Source: Candidatus Brennerbacteria bacterium RIFOXYC1_FULL_41_11 (GTDB taxonomy: Bacteria; Patescibacteriota; Minisyncoccia; UBA6257; Brennerbacteraceae). Taken from it: DNA of 63,412 bases. The position numbers and the translations under genes are program-made. Location of the stretch: NCBI GenBank assembly GCA_001817215.1, contig MHHX01000012.1, forward strand, positions 4,843-68,254, written 5' to 3'. Positions within the stretch are counted from its first letter, which is position 1. The number at the start of each line of letters is the position of its first letter. The notes below the pieces were generated by a model. The model saw only the letters and a list, made by a program, of their open reading frames with translations. It was not told the DNA's origin and searched no databases. This document shows positions 25,974-33,452 of the stretch, piece after piece.

Positions 25974-26900
25974 TTATATCATCGCTCTATCTAGTTTCGG
26001 CAAAATTGATTTGCGGAGAATGATTTTGTTTATTTTTAGTGGCGCATGCGGTCTGAGGTCCTGAGTTTCAAGCGCTTTGGCAAAGATTGTGCTTGATTCT
26101 TCATCAATGGTGTAGAAGATCGTATTTCCTTCGATAACGTCGACGCCTTGGAAAATAATCAAATCAATCTGTTCTGCTATTTTTATTTTGAATAAAGCGT
26201 TTTCGAGTTCGTTTTTTAAATCAGTTGTTATTCTCTCAATGTTTGTGATTTCCAGTTGGGCAATACCGATTTTTTTGTCTTTGATTGTCTGTATTTTCAG
26301 ATCTTGGGATAACGCAAAATAAAGATTTGTTGTGTCGATTTTTGATTTGGCTGCAAACAGTTGATTAACGTAATCGCTCGGCAAAGAAGCCGATCCCCTC
26401 ACCCATTCTGCGGCGTCAATATCGCGCTGATTTGTGTCCGGTGTTTTGAAGTTTGTCGTGTTTGAAACTATTGCAGAATAAAGATAAACTGCCGCGTTTT
26501 GAGAGGGTGTTTGATTGTGTTCTTTGAACTGCTCTATGATTAATGTGGCACAGGAACCAACCCGTTCAATGGTTGTCTGGGCGTTGATGAACTTTTCCGT
26601 AAAAACAAGTTCCCGGTGGTCAAATATTTCAATCACCTTCTCTGGCTTGATGTTAGGATCAATATCGTCAGGGTTTGAGACATCAACAAGAATGAACTGC
26701 GCATCACCTTCAAACAATCCTGCGCGTTTTTCAATCGGAAAGTTATTCGTAAAATTCTTTACAAACTCAACCTCGAGGCCAAGGTCGCCGGAATAAATCG
26801 CTTTTGCCGGTTTGCCAAGTTTATTTATCAATTCCGAATAAGCGATTGAACAGGCAATGCCGTCTAAGTCGGGGCTGTTATAGGCAGTGATATAAATCAT
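25974..26900 (-). CDS. DHH/DHHA2 phosphoesterase resembling family II inorganic pyrophosphatase, with substituted metal ligands
   Basis: Same ~309-aa length and collinear with PpaC ([42 protein letters not shown]-terminal DHHA2-like). ATG at 26900 follows the TTG at 26903. Confidence 0.65.
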   Translation of the reverse strand: MIYITAYNSPDLDGIACSIAYSELINKLGKPAKAIYSGDLGLEVEFVKNFTNNFPIEKRAGLFEGDAQFILVDVSNPDDIDPNIKPEKVIEIFDHRELVFTEKFINAQTTIERVGSCATLIIEQFKEHNQTPSQNAAVYLYSAIVSNTTNFKTPDTNQRDIDAAEWVRGSASLPSDYVNQLFAAKSKIDTTNLYFALSQDLKIQTIKDKKIGIAQLEITNIERITTDLKNELENALFKIKIAEQIDLIIFQGVDVIEGNTIFYTIDEESSTIFAKALETQDLRPHAPLKINKIILRKSILPKLDRAMI

Positions 26901-26968
26901 CAATAAATTCTAAAATATTAACCCCACTCCTGCAATCCCATATTTTGTTGTCGTGATATAATTGAATC

Positions 26969-27270
26969 ATAAGCCGCACAAAACCTTGAGGTGTTAAGAA
27001 GGCCTTCGTATTTTATCCGGGAAAATGCGAAATGTTGCGAGCAGAACACTTTTCCTTAAGCTTCTGCCAACGAAAGGGGTGGCAAGTTAGGTTGATGCCG
27101 TTGGATCCTCGTACTTTTTCTGCTCACCTAGCCAAAGGGCCGTGCGGAATTGCAGCTTCTTTGCAGCAACTTAATCGAGCCGGTTGTGAGGTTTCGCTAA
27201 TAAAGCGTAAGTGTATTGACCGGATACACAAAAAACAAAGTCGCGGAACCACCCGGAAGGCCGCGACTTT
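26969..27270. ncRNA. Unassigned structured RNA candidate (~300 nt); strand unresolved
   Basis: G+C-rich tract with no credible ORF. The + strand has TGaTATAAT (26954-26962) upstream and hairpin+U-run terminators downstream. The minus strand has RNase-P-like P4 halves (GAAAAGUCGCGG at 27259-27274, CGGCUUAU at 26969-26976). Confidence 0.3.
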
Positions 27271-27285
27271 TCGCTGACAATATAA

Positions 27286-27318
27286 AAAATCAGGCACCCA
27301 ATCGGGTGCCTGATTTTT
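27286..27318. terminator. Bidirectional intrinsic terminator
   Basis: AAAAAAUCAGGCACCC-aau-cGGGUGCCUGAUUUUUUU, immediately after the stop of the 50-aa ORF. Confidence 0.8.
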
Positions 27319-27471
27319 TTAGTCTTGCGATGAATCTCCCCAAAGCATAGCGTCAATTTTTTCCCCTTGGCCGATGAGTGTCATGAAAACGGCGTAAATG
27401 AATAGCAATATCCCCGCGCCGATTCCTGTGACAATTTCATAAATATCTTTTACGCTTTTGAGTAGTTTCAT
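27319..27471 (-). CDS. Possible 50-aa membrane peptide
   Basis: ATG is preceded by GGAGGCTCCC. Sequence is MKLLKSVKDIYEIVTGIGAGILLFIYAVFMTLIGQGEKIDAMLWGDSSQD. Own TTGACA-17-TATTAT promoter and terminator. Confidence 0.5.
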   Translation of the reverse strand: MKLLKSVKDIYEIVTGIGAGILLFIYAVFMTLIGQGEKIDAMLWGDSSQD

Positions 27472-27476
27472 GGGAG

Positions 27477-27504
27477 CCTCCAGATTTAATAATAAATCTG
27501 GAGG
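27477..27504 (-). promoter_or_regulatory. Perfect 11-bp hairpin pairing the SD of the 50-aa ORF with an upstream CCUCC
   Basis: CCTCCAGATTT-aataat-AAATCTGGAGG. The 5' arm (mRNA sense) lies in the spacer of the ORF's own promoter, whose -35 is at 27512-27517. Confidence 0.5.
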
Positions 27505-27532
27505 ATCTTTTTGTCAAAGATTTTTATTTTAC

Positions 27533-27563
27533 AGAACCGGAATCATTAACGCGCAGGCGTTAA
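27533..27563. repeat. 31-nt repeat copy 1 (AGAACCGGAATcATTAACGCGCAGGCGTTAA)
   Basis: 30 of 31 nt are identical to 27617-27647. Contains the hairpin TTAACGC-gcag-GCGTTAA. Confidence 0.7.
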
Positions 27564-27616
27564 AAAGCACCACCTATTTTTGATGCTTTCAGCATATCAA
27601 AAATTTCTCCTTCGGA

Positions 27617-27647
27617 GAACCGGAATAATTAACGCGCAGGCGTTAAT
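27617..27647. repeat. 31-nt repeat copy 2, forming a 14-bp hairpin over the stop codon of the Trp-rich gene
   Basis: GGAATAATTAACGC-gcag-GCGTTAATTATTCC. It covers the last codons (W-N-N-stop) of ORF 27643-28020. Confidence 0.7.
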
Positions 27648-28020
27648 TATTCCACGGCCACTGGATATTTCCCCAGTCAATGCCCGAGCCGGATGCCAGC
27701 ATGCGCGCAATTTGATCAATCAAGCCCCAGCCGGTCAAAATCCCGTCTTTGATTAAATTCCAAAGCCAGACAAAAAACTTCCAGATGTTTGTTAAGACAT
27801 TATCCAGCGTCCAGCCAAGAATGCTGTCCATATAATAAATTATTTTTGACCAGAGCCACTTAAACCATTCTATCGCCTTCTCCATGAAATCAGTTGCGCT
27901 TGGCAACGGTTTTTCAAAGAAATCTTTTAAAGTAATAGCTTGAGCTATCGTTCCGATAGCAAATAAAGCCACCATCAATGTTAATAAGATAAAGATAGTT
28001 TTATTTTTCATGCCTTTCAA
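27643..28020 (-). CDS. Secreted tryptophan-rich protein (125 aa), hypothetical
   Basis: Signal peptide ends ...GTIAQA. I count about 11 Trp in the mature part, in amphipathic W-x-x-W/L-W contexts (EWFKWLWSKI, WKFFVWLWNLI, IQWPWNN). Confidence 0.6.
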   Translation of the reverse strand: MKGMKNKTIFILLTLMVALFAIGTIAQAITLKDFFEKPLPSATDFMEKAIEWFKWLWSKIIYYMDSILGWTLDNVLTNIWKFFVWLWNLIKDGILTGWGLIDQIARMLASGSGIDWGNIQWPWNN

Positions 28021-28065
28021 TTTTTAATTTCAGTTTTAACTTCTAATTTTCGAGTTTTGATTTTT

Positions 28066-29301
28066 TTATAAATACTCATACGGGTTTAACGGCGCGCCAA
28101 GTGGCAGTAAACCATACCATCGATTTTCTGTCCTGAAGCTCGATGCTGCGTAAACAGTGAAGTGCAGATGCGGTCCGGTTGCCAAACCCGTTGCTCCCAT
28201 CAAGCCGATTGTTTGTCCTTGTTTGACTGATTGGCTCTGAGTAACTTGGATGCTTGAAAGATGTGCGTAAAGAGTGACAAGTCCATTGCCGTGGTCAATT
28301 GCGACCCACTTTCCATAAGCGTATTTGCCGTTATTGCCGACAGCTTTGACTCTGCCGTCGGCCGCAGCGAGAATCGGTGCGCCGGTTCCGGTTTTGGCGC
28401 CGATGTCAACGCCATTGTGGTAAGAATAATATTTCCTGGTGATACTGCCGTAGGGAACGTCGCCAAAAGCTTGTGTCTGATATCCGTCTTTAACCGGCCA
28501 GAGCAGAAGACCCTTGGTGTAGCCGGGAAGAGTATCTACATTCAGTTGTGCTCTGAGCTCTTTTTCAAGATTGATGATCTCCGCTTCAATTTGTTTTTGT
28601 TTTTCTTCTGTTTCTTTGAGAAGTTTTTGGTAAGCAGCTTCTTGGCTTTTTGTCTGTGTCAAAACCTGCTGTTTTTCACTTTTTTGATCATCGGCCGCCA
28701 GTTTCTGGGCATCAAGAGTTTTAGCCAAATTGCCATACTGCTCTTTTTTCTTTTCTGAGCTGTCGAGTGCCAGCTTCAGGCTTTCTTTCAAATCTCTCAA
28801 AAAGTTTGTTTTTTTGATGAGATTTGCCTGGAGATTGTCAAGAAAAGAAAATTCTCGGATGACATCTGAAATTCTGTTTTGTTCAAGAATTAAAACCAGT
28901 GGATCTTTGGAGCTGATCTCGTTCAACTGGCGCAGAAGCTGGATCATGACCTCTCGGTTCGTATTGATTGAAGACTCAGCGCTGTCAATGTCAAGATCCA
29001 ACTCTTTCATTTCCAGAGTTGTTGCCTCAATCTTCTTTTCCGTGATGGCAATATTGTTTCTTAATTGGCTTACCTGGGTGTTGATTCTAGAGATTTCTGT
29101 ATTGAGAGTTTTGGCTTTGGAGCTGTTTTTGTCAATTTCGTTTCTGTAGGCTTCGGCTTGCTTTTCCAGTTCTTGGATTTCCCTTTCTCTTTGGGAAATC
29201 TGCTCTTTTAATTCTTCCGGCGTTTGGGCGTGAACCGCAAAAAGAATAAAAGCCGAAGCAATCCAGAAAATGAAAAGTGTTTTGAAAGTTTTTGTTATCA
29301 T
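28066..29301 (-). CDS. Coiled-coil M23 peptidase (EnvC-like murein hydrolase/activator)
   Basis: Signal sequence, ~230-aa coiled coil, and a C-terminal M23 domain (HNGVDIGA, GPHLHFTVY). Confidence 0.85.
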   Translation of the reverse strand: MITKTFKTLFIFWIASAFILFAVHAQTPEELKEQISQREREIQELEKQAEAYRNEIDKNSSKAKTLNTEISRINTQVSQLRNNIAITEKKIEATTLEMKELDLDIDSAESSINTNREVMIQLLRQLNEISSKDPLVLILEQNRISDVIREFSFLDNLQANLIKKTNFLRDLKESLKLALDSSEKKKEQYGNLAKTLDAQKLAADDQKSEKQQVLTQTKSQEAAYQKLLKETEEKQKQIEAEIINLEKELRAQLNVDTLPGYTKGLLLWPVKDGYQTQAFGDVPYGSITRKYYSYHNGVDIGAKTGTGAPILAAADGRVKAVGNNGKYAYGKWVAIDHGNGLVTLYAHLSSIQVTQSQSVKQGQTIGLMGATGLATGPHLHFTVYAASSFRTENRWYGLLPLGAPLNPYEYL

Positions 29302-30782
29302 TTTTCAAGTTTTGCAATAGCTTTCTCTATGCACATTGTGCTGCTGTTGACTCCCTTAACCTCAATGATTTCAAGGGGTCCGGGTGAAACTTTTCTGCCA
29401 GAGAGGGCAACTCTCAGGGGCCAAAGAACGCTTCCCTTGTCTTCACCGTATATTTCTTTCAATTTTTGTTCGTAAGATTCTTTATTGAAGGTTATTTCAT
29501 CGAATAGCCTAAGAGCGTCAAGTGATTTTTCAAGCTTATCTTTAGTAATTTCCTCTGTCGATTCCTTCCAGATTAAAAGTTCTTTTTCGTATTCTGTTTC
29601 ACGGAAGAAAATTTCCGACATTTTGATAATTTCGTTAACACCTTTGGTTTTTTCCATTGAGGCCAGGATGGCTTTTTGAACGTAAGTTGATTCGAATTTA
29701 CCAAGATTGATCCCCTCTCTCATGAAGAACGGTAATAAAAATTCTACAATTTCTTGAATCGGTTTTTGTTTCAAGAAATTATTATTCAGCCAGTCGAGCT
29801 TTTCGGCATTAAAAACAGCTCCGGTTTTCTGAACCCGTTCCAAGCTGAATTCTTGTTGGAGATCGTTGATGGTGAAAATTTCTCGGTCGCCCGAAGCGTG
29901 CCAGCCCAAAAGAACAATAAAATTAATCAAGGCTTCCGGCAGATAACCTTGGTTTTTGTAGTCATCAATACTAGTGGTTGTGCCGTGGCGTTTTGAGAGC
30001 TTTGATTTATCCTGGCCAAGGATTAATGGCAGATGGGCAAACTCCGGTGGTTGCCAACCGAGAGCTTCATAAATAACCATTTGTTTTGGCGTGTTTGAGT
30101 AATGATCTTCTCCCCTGATGATGTGCGAGATCTGCATTTCGTGGTCGTCGACGACAACGGCAAAATTGTAAAGTGGTTCTTCCGTGCTTTTGGCAATGAC
30201 AATGTCTCCGAAAAGAGAAAGATCAAAACTTGATTCGCCCTTGATGATGTCTTTAAAGGAAAGCTTCTTGTTCGGCATCTTGATTCTGATGACCGAGTGT
30301 TTCTTATCTTTTTGGTTTTGTTTTATTTCGGATTCCGAGAGATCACGGCACGTGCCCGGATAACGCCAGACCTCTCCCCTTGATTCTGCGTCTTGTTTTT
30401 GCGCTTCGAGAGTTTCTTTCGGGCAGAAACAAAAATAAGCCTTTTTGTCTTGCAAAAGTTTTTCAATATGTTCTTTGTAAAGTTGGGTTCTTTCTGATTG
30501 GCGGTAAGGACCATATTCGCCTCCAATATCAGGCCCTTCATCCCAGTCAAGTCCAAGCCAATGCAGACCGTCAAGAATGTTTTTTTCATACTCCGGCCTG
30601 GATCTTTCTTTGTCAGTGTCTTCAATACGCAAAATAAACGTACCACCTTTGGAACGGGCAAAAAGCCAGTTAAAAAGCGTGGTTCTAGCAGTACCAATGT
30701 GCAGAGCTCCGGTTGGTGACGGCGCCATCCTGACGCGAATGTTGCCGCTAAAACCCTCTAATTTTTTTTGATAAGCAGCCAT
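29298..30782 (-). CDS. gltX: Glutamyl-tRNA synthetase
   Basis: Class I motifs are present: HIGTAR (HIGH) and KLSKR (KMSKS). Confidence 0.95.
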   Translation of the reverse strand: MAAYQKKLEGFSGNIRVRMAPSPTGALHIGTARTTLFNWLFARSKGGTFILRIEDTDKERSRPEYEKNILDGLHWLGLDWDEGPDIGGEYGPYRQSERTQLYKEHIEKLLQDKKAYFCFCPKETLEAQKQDAESRGEVWRYPGTCRDLSESEIKQNQKDKKHSVIRIKMPNKKLSFKDIIKGESSFDLSLFGDIVIAKSTEEPLYNFAVVVDDHEMQISHIIRGEDHYSNTPKQMVIYEALGWQPPEFAHLPLILGQDKSKLSKRHGTTTSIDDYKNQGYLPEALINFIVLLGWHASGDREIFTINDLQQEFSLERVQKTGAVFNAEKLDWLNNNFLKQKPIQEIVEFLLPFFMREGINLGKFESTYVQKAILASMEKTKGVNEIIKMSEIFFRETEYEKELLIWKESTEEITKDKLEKSLDALRLFDEITFNKESYEQKLKEIYGEDKGSVLWPLRVALSGRKVSPGPLEIIEVKGVNSSTMCIEKAIAKLEK

Positions 30783-30797
30783 TTTAGTTGTTTGTGA

Positions 30798-31976
30798 TCA
30801 GTTATCAGTTTTCATGCCGGACAAAACCAGAAGCTGTTTGGCAATTGTTTCCGCGGCTTTTGGTTTGGCGAATTCCTTGGCCATTTGTGACATCTGCAAA
30901 AGTTTATCTTGATTGTTTAACAGACCATTGAGACCATCGTAAAAGAAATGCGGTTTTAAATTGTTTTCTTCATAAATAATCGCGGCGCCATTTTTTGAAA
31001 ACGCATAAGCATTATCTCTCTGGTGATCTCTTGCGGCCGTCGGCAGGGGTATTAAGATTGAGGGTTTTCCTGTTGCCGCGATTTCAAAAATGCTCCCCGA
31101 TCCGGCTCTGGAGATAATCAAATCACAGGCGGCATATGCTTGGCTAATTTCTTCTTCATTCATGAATCCAAAAAGACGATATTTAGCTCTCTCTTCTTTA
31201 GCGTGGCCGCGGAGAAGGAACTCGGATTCCCTGGAGATTTCGGGGTAATTTTTTGTGCCGCATTGATGAATAATCTGCAGTTCCGTGATGGCCCTTGGCA
31301 GAATCGCCAGCACCAGATCGTTTATTTTTTTCGCACCCTGTGAACCGCCATAGACAAAGATTGTTTTTTTGCTTGATTCCAAATTAAAAAACTTTAAAGC
31401 CACATCTTTATCTTTTTCTTTGAAAAAAGTTTTTCGCACCGGATTGCCGGTGAAAGCGGTTTTTTCAAATGGAAAGAATTCAATTGTTTTTTCAAAAGAG
31501 ATGGCAATTTTTGAAGCCATATTTTTTGCCAGCTCGTTGAGCCTGCCCGGAGTGGCATCTGATTCGTGGACAAGAAGTGGAATTCTGTATGCGGCCGAAA
31601 CAAACAAAACCGGGGCCGCACCATATCCGCCTTTGGAAAAAACCGTGTCGGGCATGATTAGCCAAAGATGCCAAAGGCTTTGGATCAAGCCGATAGCTAC
31701 TCTGACCAAGCTCATGAGTTTTGTTATTGGATTATCATTGTTGCTTGGGCTTTCACTGGATATGCTGATGACCCTGATCCCCTTTTCCTCAAAAGCTCTT
31801 TCATCAAACGAAAACGGTCCGGTTGTCGGCCCGACATAAGTCAGTTCAAGTTCAAGATTTTTCCCGTCAGATTTTTGAATCATTTCTTCGGCTACGGCTA
31901 AAAGCGGGAAAATATGGCCGCCAGTGCCGCCTCCGGTCAAAACAATCCTGATTTTTTTATTGCCAAATAAGCTCAT
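30798..31976 (-). CDS. murG: Undecaprenyl-PP-MurNAc-pentapeptide GlcNAc transferase
   Basis: TGGGTGGHIFP N-terminal motif, GT28 C-terminal domain, position next to ftsW. Confidence 0.9.
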   Translation of the reverse strand: MSLFGNKKIRIVLTGGGTGGHIFPLLAVAEEMIQKSDGKNLELELTYVGPTTGPFSFDERAFEEKGIRVISISSESPSNNDNPITKLMSLVRVAIGLIQSLWHLWLIMPDTVFSKGGYGAAPVLFVSAAYRIPLLVHESDATPGRLNELAKNMASKIAISFEKTIEFFPFEKTAFTGNPVRKTFFKEKDKDVALKFFNLESSKKTIFVYGGSQGAKKINDLVLAILPRAITELQIIHQCGTKNYPEISRESEFLLRGHAKEERAKYRLFGFMNEEEISQAYAACDLIISRAGSGSIFEIAATGKPSILIPLPTAARDHQRDNAYAFSKNGAAIIYEENNLKPHFFYDGLNGLLNNQDKLLQMSQMAKEFAKPKAAETIAKQLLVLSGMKTDN

Positions 31977-32038
31977 TTTTGGATATTATAACATGGTTCT
32001 TAGCGCTCCTTGTCCTGCCATTCGGACTGCGCCGGCTA

Positions 32039-32066
32039 TTGACTTATTGCTAATACGTGGTATAAT
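32039..32066 (+). promoter_or_regulatory. Near-consensus promoter TTGACT-16-TGgTATAAT facing away from both flanking genes
   Basis: -35 at 32039-32044, extended -10 at 32058-32066, on the + strand between two minus-strand genes. Confidence 0.55.
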
Positions 32067-32072
32067 GATATT

Positions 32073-32215
32073 GTGGAGCGTTTAAAAGTCCAATATTGCG
32101 CTTAACGCGCAACTCAAGGGTTTGTGCTTTGCGGCCGACCCTTATCCCTTTTTTCAAAAGGACTACGCTTCCCAAAATAACAGCTTCGTGAGTAATCGCG
32201 AAGCTGTTTCTTGTT
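32073..32215 (+). ncRNA. Candidate ~140-nt small RNA in the ftsW-murG spacer
   Basis: Starts downstream of the promoter above. Closing helix GGAGCGU...AGUCC / GGACU-ACGCUUCC, internal hairpins UUGCGC-uuaac-GCGCAA and AAGGGU...ACCCUU. Ends at CAGCUUCG-N10-CGAAGCUG + UUUCUUGUUU. No ORF. Confidence 0.4.
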
Positions 32216-32226
32216 TCATTAAAAAG

Positions 32227-33324
32227 TTATTTTTGTACAGTATGTTTTGAAATATTCAGTAAAAGTCCGGACATGATCAAGGTAGTGATCAATGATGAGC
32301 CGCCATAGCTTAAAAATGGCAAAGGAATGCCGGATAACGGAATTAAGCCGCTGATGGCGGAGATGTTGAACAAAAATTGAAAAACAATCGCAAAAGTAAT
32401 GCCAAAGCTTAAAAACCTCGGAAAGTTGTCGCGACTTCTTCTTGAAATATTAAATCCCTGCCAAGCAAAAACACTAATCATGATTAAGACGATGGTGACG
32501 CCGACAAATCCGGTTTCTTCGGCGAAGATCGCAAATACCGAATCCCCCATGGTTTCCGGTAAAAACTCGAATTTTTGTCTTGAATGGCCGAGCCCGACTC
32601 CGGTCATGCCGCCGGAGCCGATGCTGATCAAGGCTTGATTGATTTGATAGCTTTTGCTCAAAAGATTTTGTTCTGGTTTAAAAAAAGTCATCAGACGATC
32701 GCGTCGATACGGTTCTGTCCACAGAAAAATTCCAAGGATGATCGAAGCGATTATGGCAATGGGAACTATTTTTTTGACAGGCGCACCAGCGACAAAAAAC
32801 ATCGCAAAAGCGATAATCAGAATAATCACCAGCATGCCGAAAGAATGTTGAGCTAAAAGGATTGCGGTGGTCGATCCGATGATTACTAAAAATGGAAAGA
32901 TCGTTTCAAGGAAATTATTTAAAGAATTCTGTTTTTTTGAAAAAAAGGAAGCCAGATAAATAATAAAAGTGATCTTGAAGAATTCTGCCGGCTGGATTGA
33001 TATCGGGCCAAGGTAGATCCATCTGGTTGCTCCTTTTTGTTCGGCGCCCAAGCCGGGAATAAAAACCGAAAGAAGCAACATAAAACCCAAAATCAAAATG
33101 ACAAAGGAAAGTTTTTTCCAAAGGTTAAAATCAATTTTGTAAGTCAAAAAAAACGCCGCCAATCCGATTGCCAAGAATAGCAGCTGCTTTTTAAAATAAA
33201 ACAAAGCATCGTTCGTAATCTGCAAGGCTCGGATTGATGAAGCGTCGAAAACTAAAAACAATCCCAGGAAAATAAAAATACCAAGGATGGCAAAGATGAT
33301 TTTGTCAGGCTCGTGTCCACGCAT
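32227..33324 (-). CDS. ftsW: SEDS-family peptidoglycan glycosyltransferase (FtsW/RodA)
   Basis: ~10 TM segments with SEDS signatures (QPAEF.K, GHSRQKF.FLPE..GD.VFA, PLPF.SYGGSS). Adjacent to murG. Confidence 0.8.
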   Translation of the reverse strand: MRGHEPDKIIFAILGIFIFLGLFLVFDASSIRALQITNDALFYFKKQLLFLAIGLAAFFLTYKIDFNLWKKLSFVILILGFMLLLSVFIPGLGAEQKGATRWIYLGPISIQPAEFFKITFIIYLASFFSKKQNSLNNFLETIFPFLVIIGSTTAILLAQHSFGMLVIILIIAFAMFFVAGAPVKKIVPIAIIASIILGIFLWTEPYRRDRLMTFFKPEQNLLSKSYQINQALISIGSGGMTGVGLGHSRQKFEFLPETMGDSVFAIFAEETGFVGVTIVLIMISVFAWQGFNISRRSRDNFPRFLSFGITFAIVFQFLFNISAISGLIPLSGIPLPFLSYGGSSLITTLIMSGLLLNISKHTVQK

Positions 33325-33452
33325 GACCTATTATAAGGTTCAAAATGACAATTCGCCAGTTGATGGACCAAATTACAGATAATATTCAAACCTCAAATAA
33401 CCGAACTTGATTATTTTCGGTTATTCACTTTTCGGAAATCGAGATTTTTTTG

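Noticed and set aside
27238-27270. SRP RNA helix-8-like CCGGAAGG tetraloop hairpin
   Set aside because: It lacks the conserved 3'-side AGCA and symmetric-loop features. It sits at the end of the tract and is followed by U-runs on both strands, so it is more likely a terminator stem.
27032-27277. 81-aa ORF inside the G+C-rich 27-kb spacer
   Set aside because: It has no SD, and its R/K/C-rich composition looks arbitrary. It runs through two hairpins. The region is better explained as structured RNA.
27533-27647. Possible CRISPR array (two 31-nt repeats about 84 nt apart)
   Set aside because: There are only two copies and no cas genes. One copy overlaps a stop codon and forms a terminator-like hairpin, and the spacing is atypical. 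It is treated as a regulatory or terminator duplication instead.
31369-31839. 156-aa + strand ORF (with similar cases at 28261-28758, 51395-51829 and 52646-53074)
   Set aside because: All lie antisense within strongly supported genes (murG, M23 peptidase, typA, ABC-F) and lack any motif or start signal.
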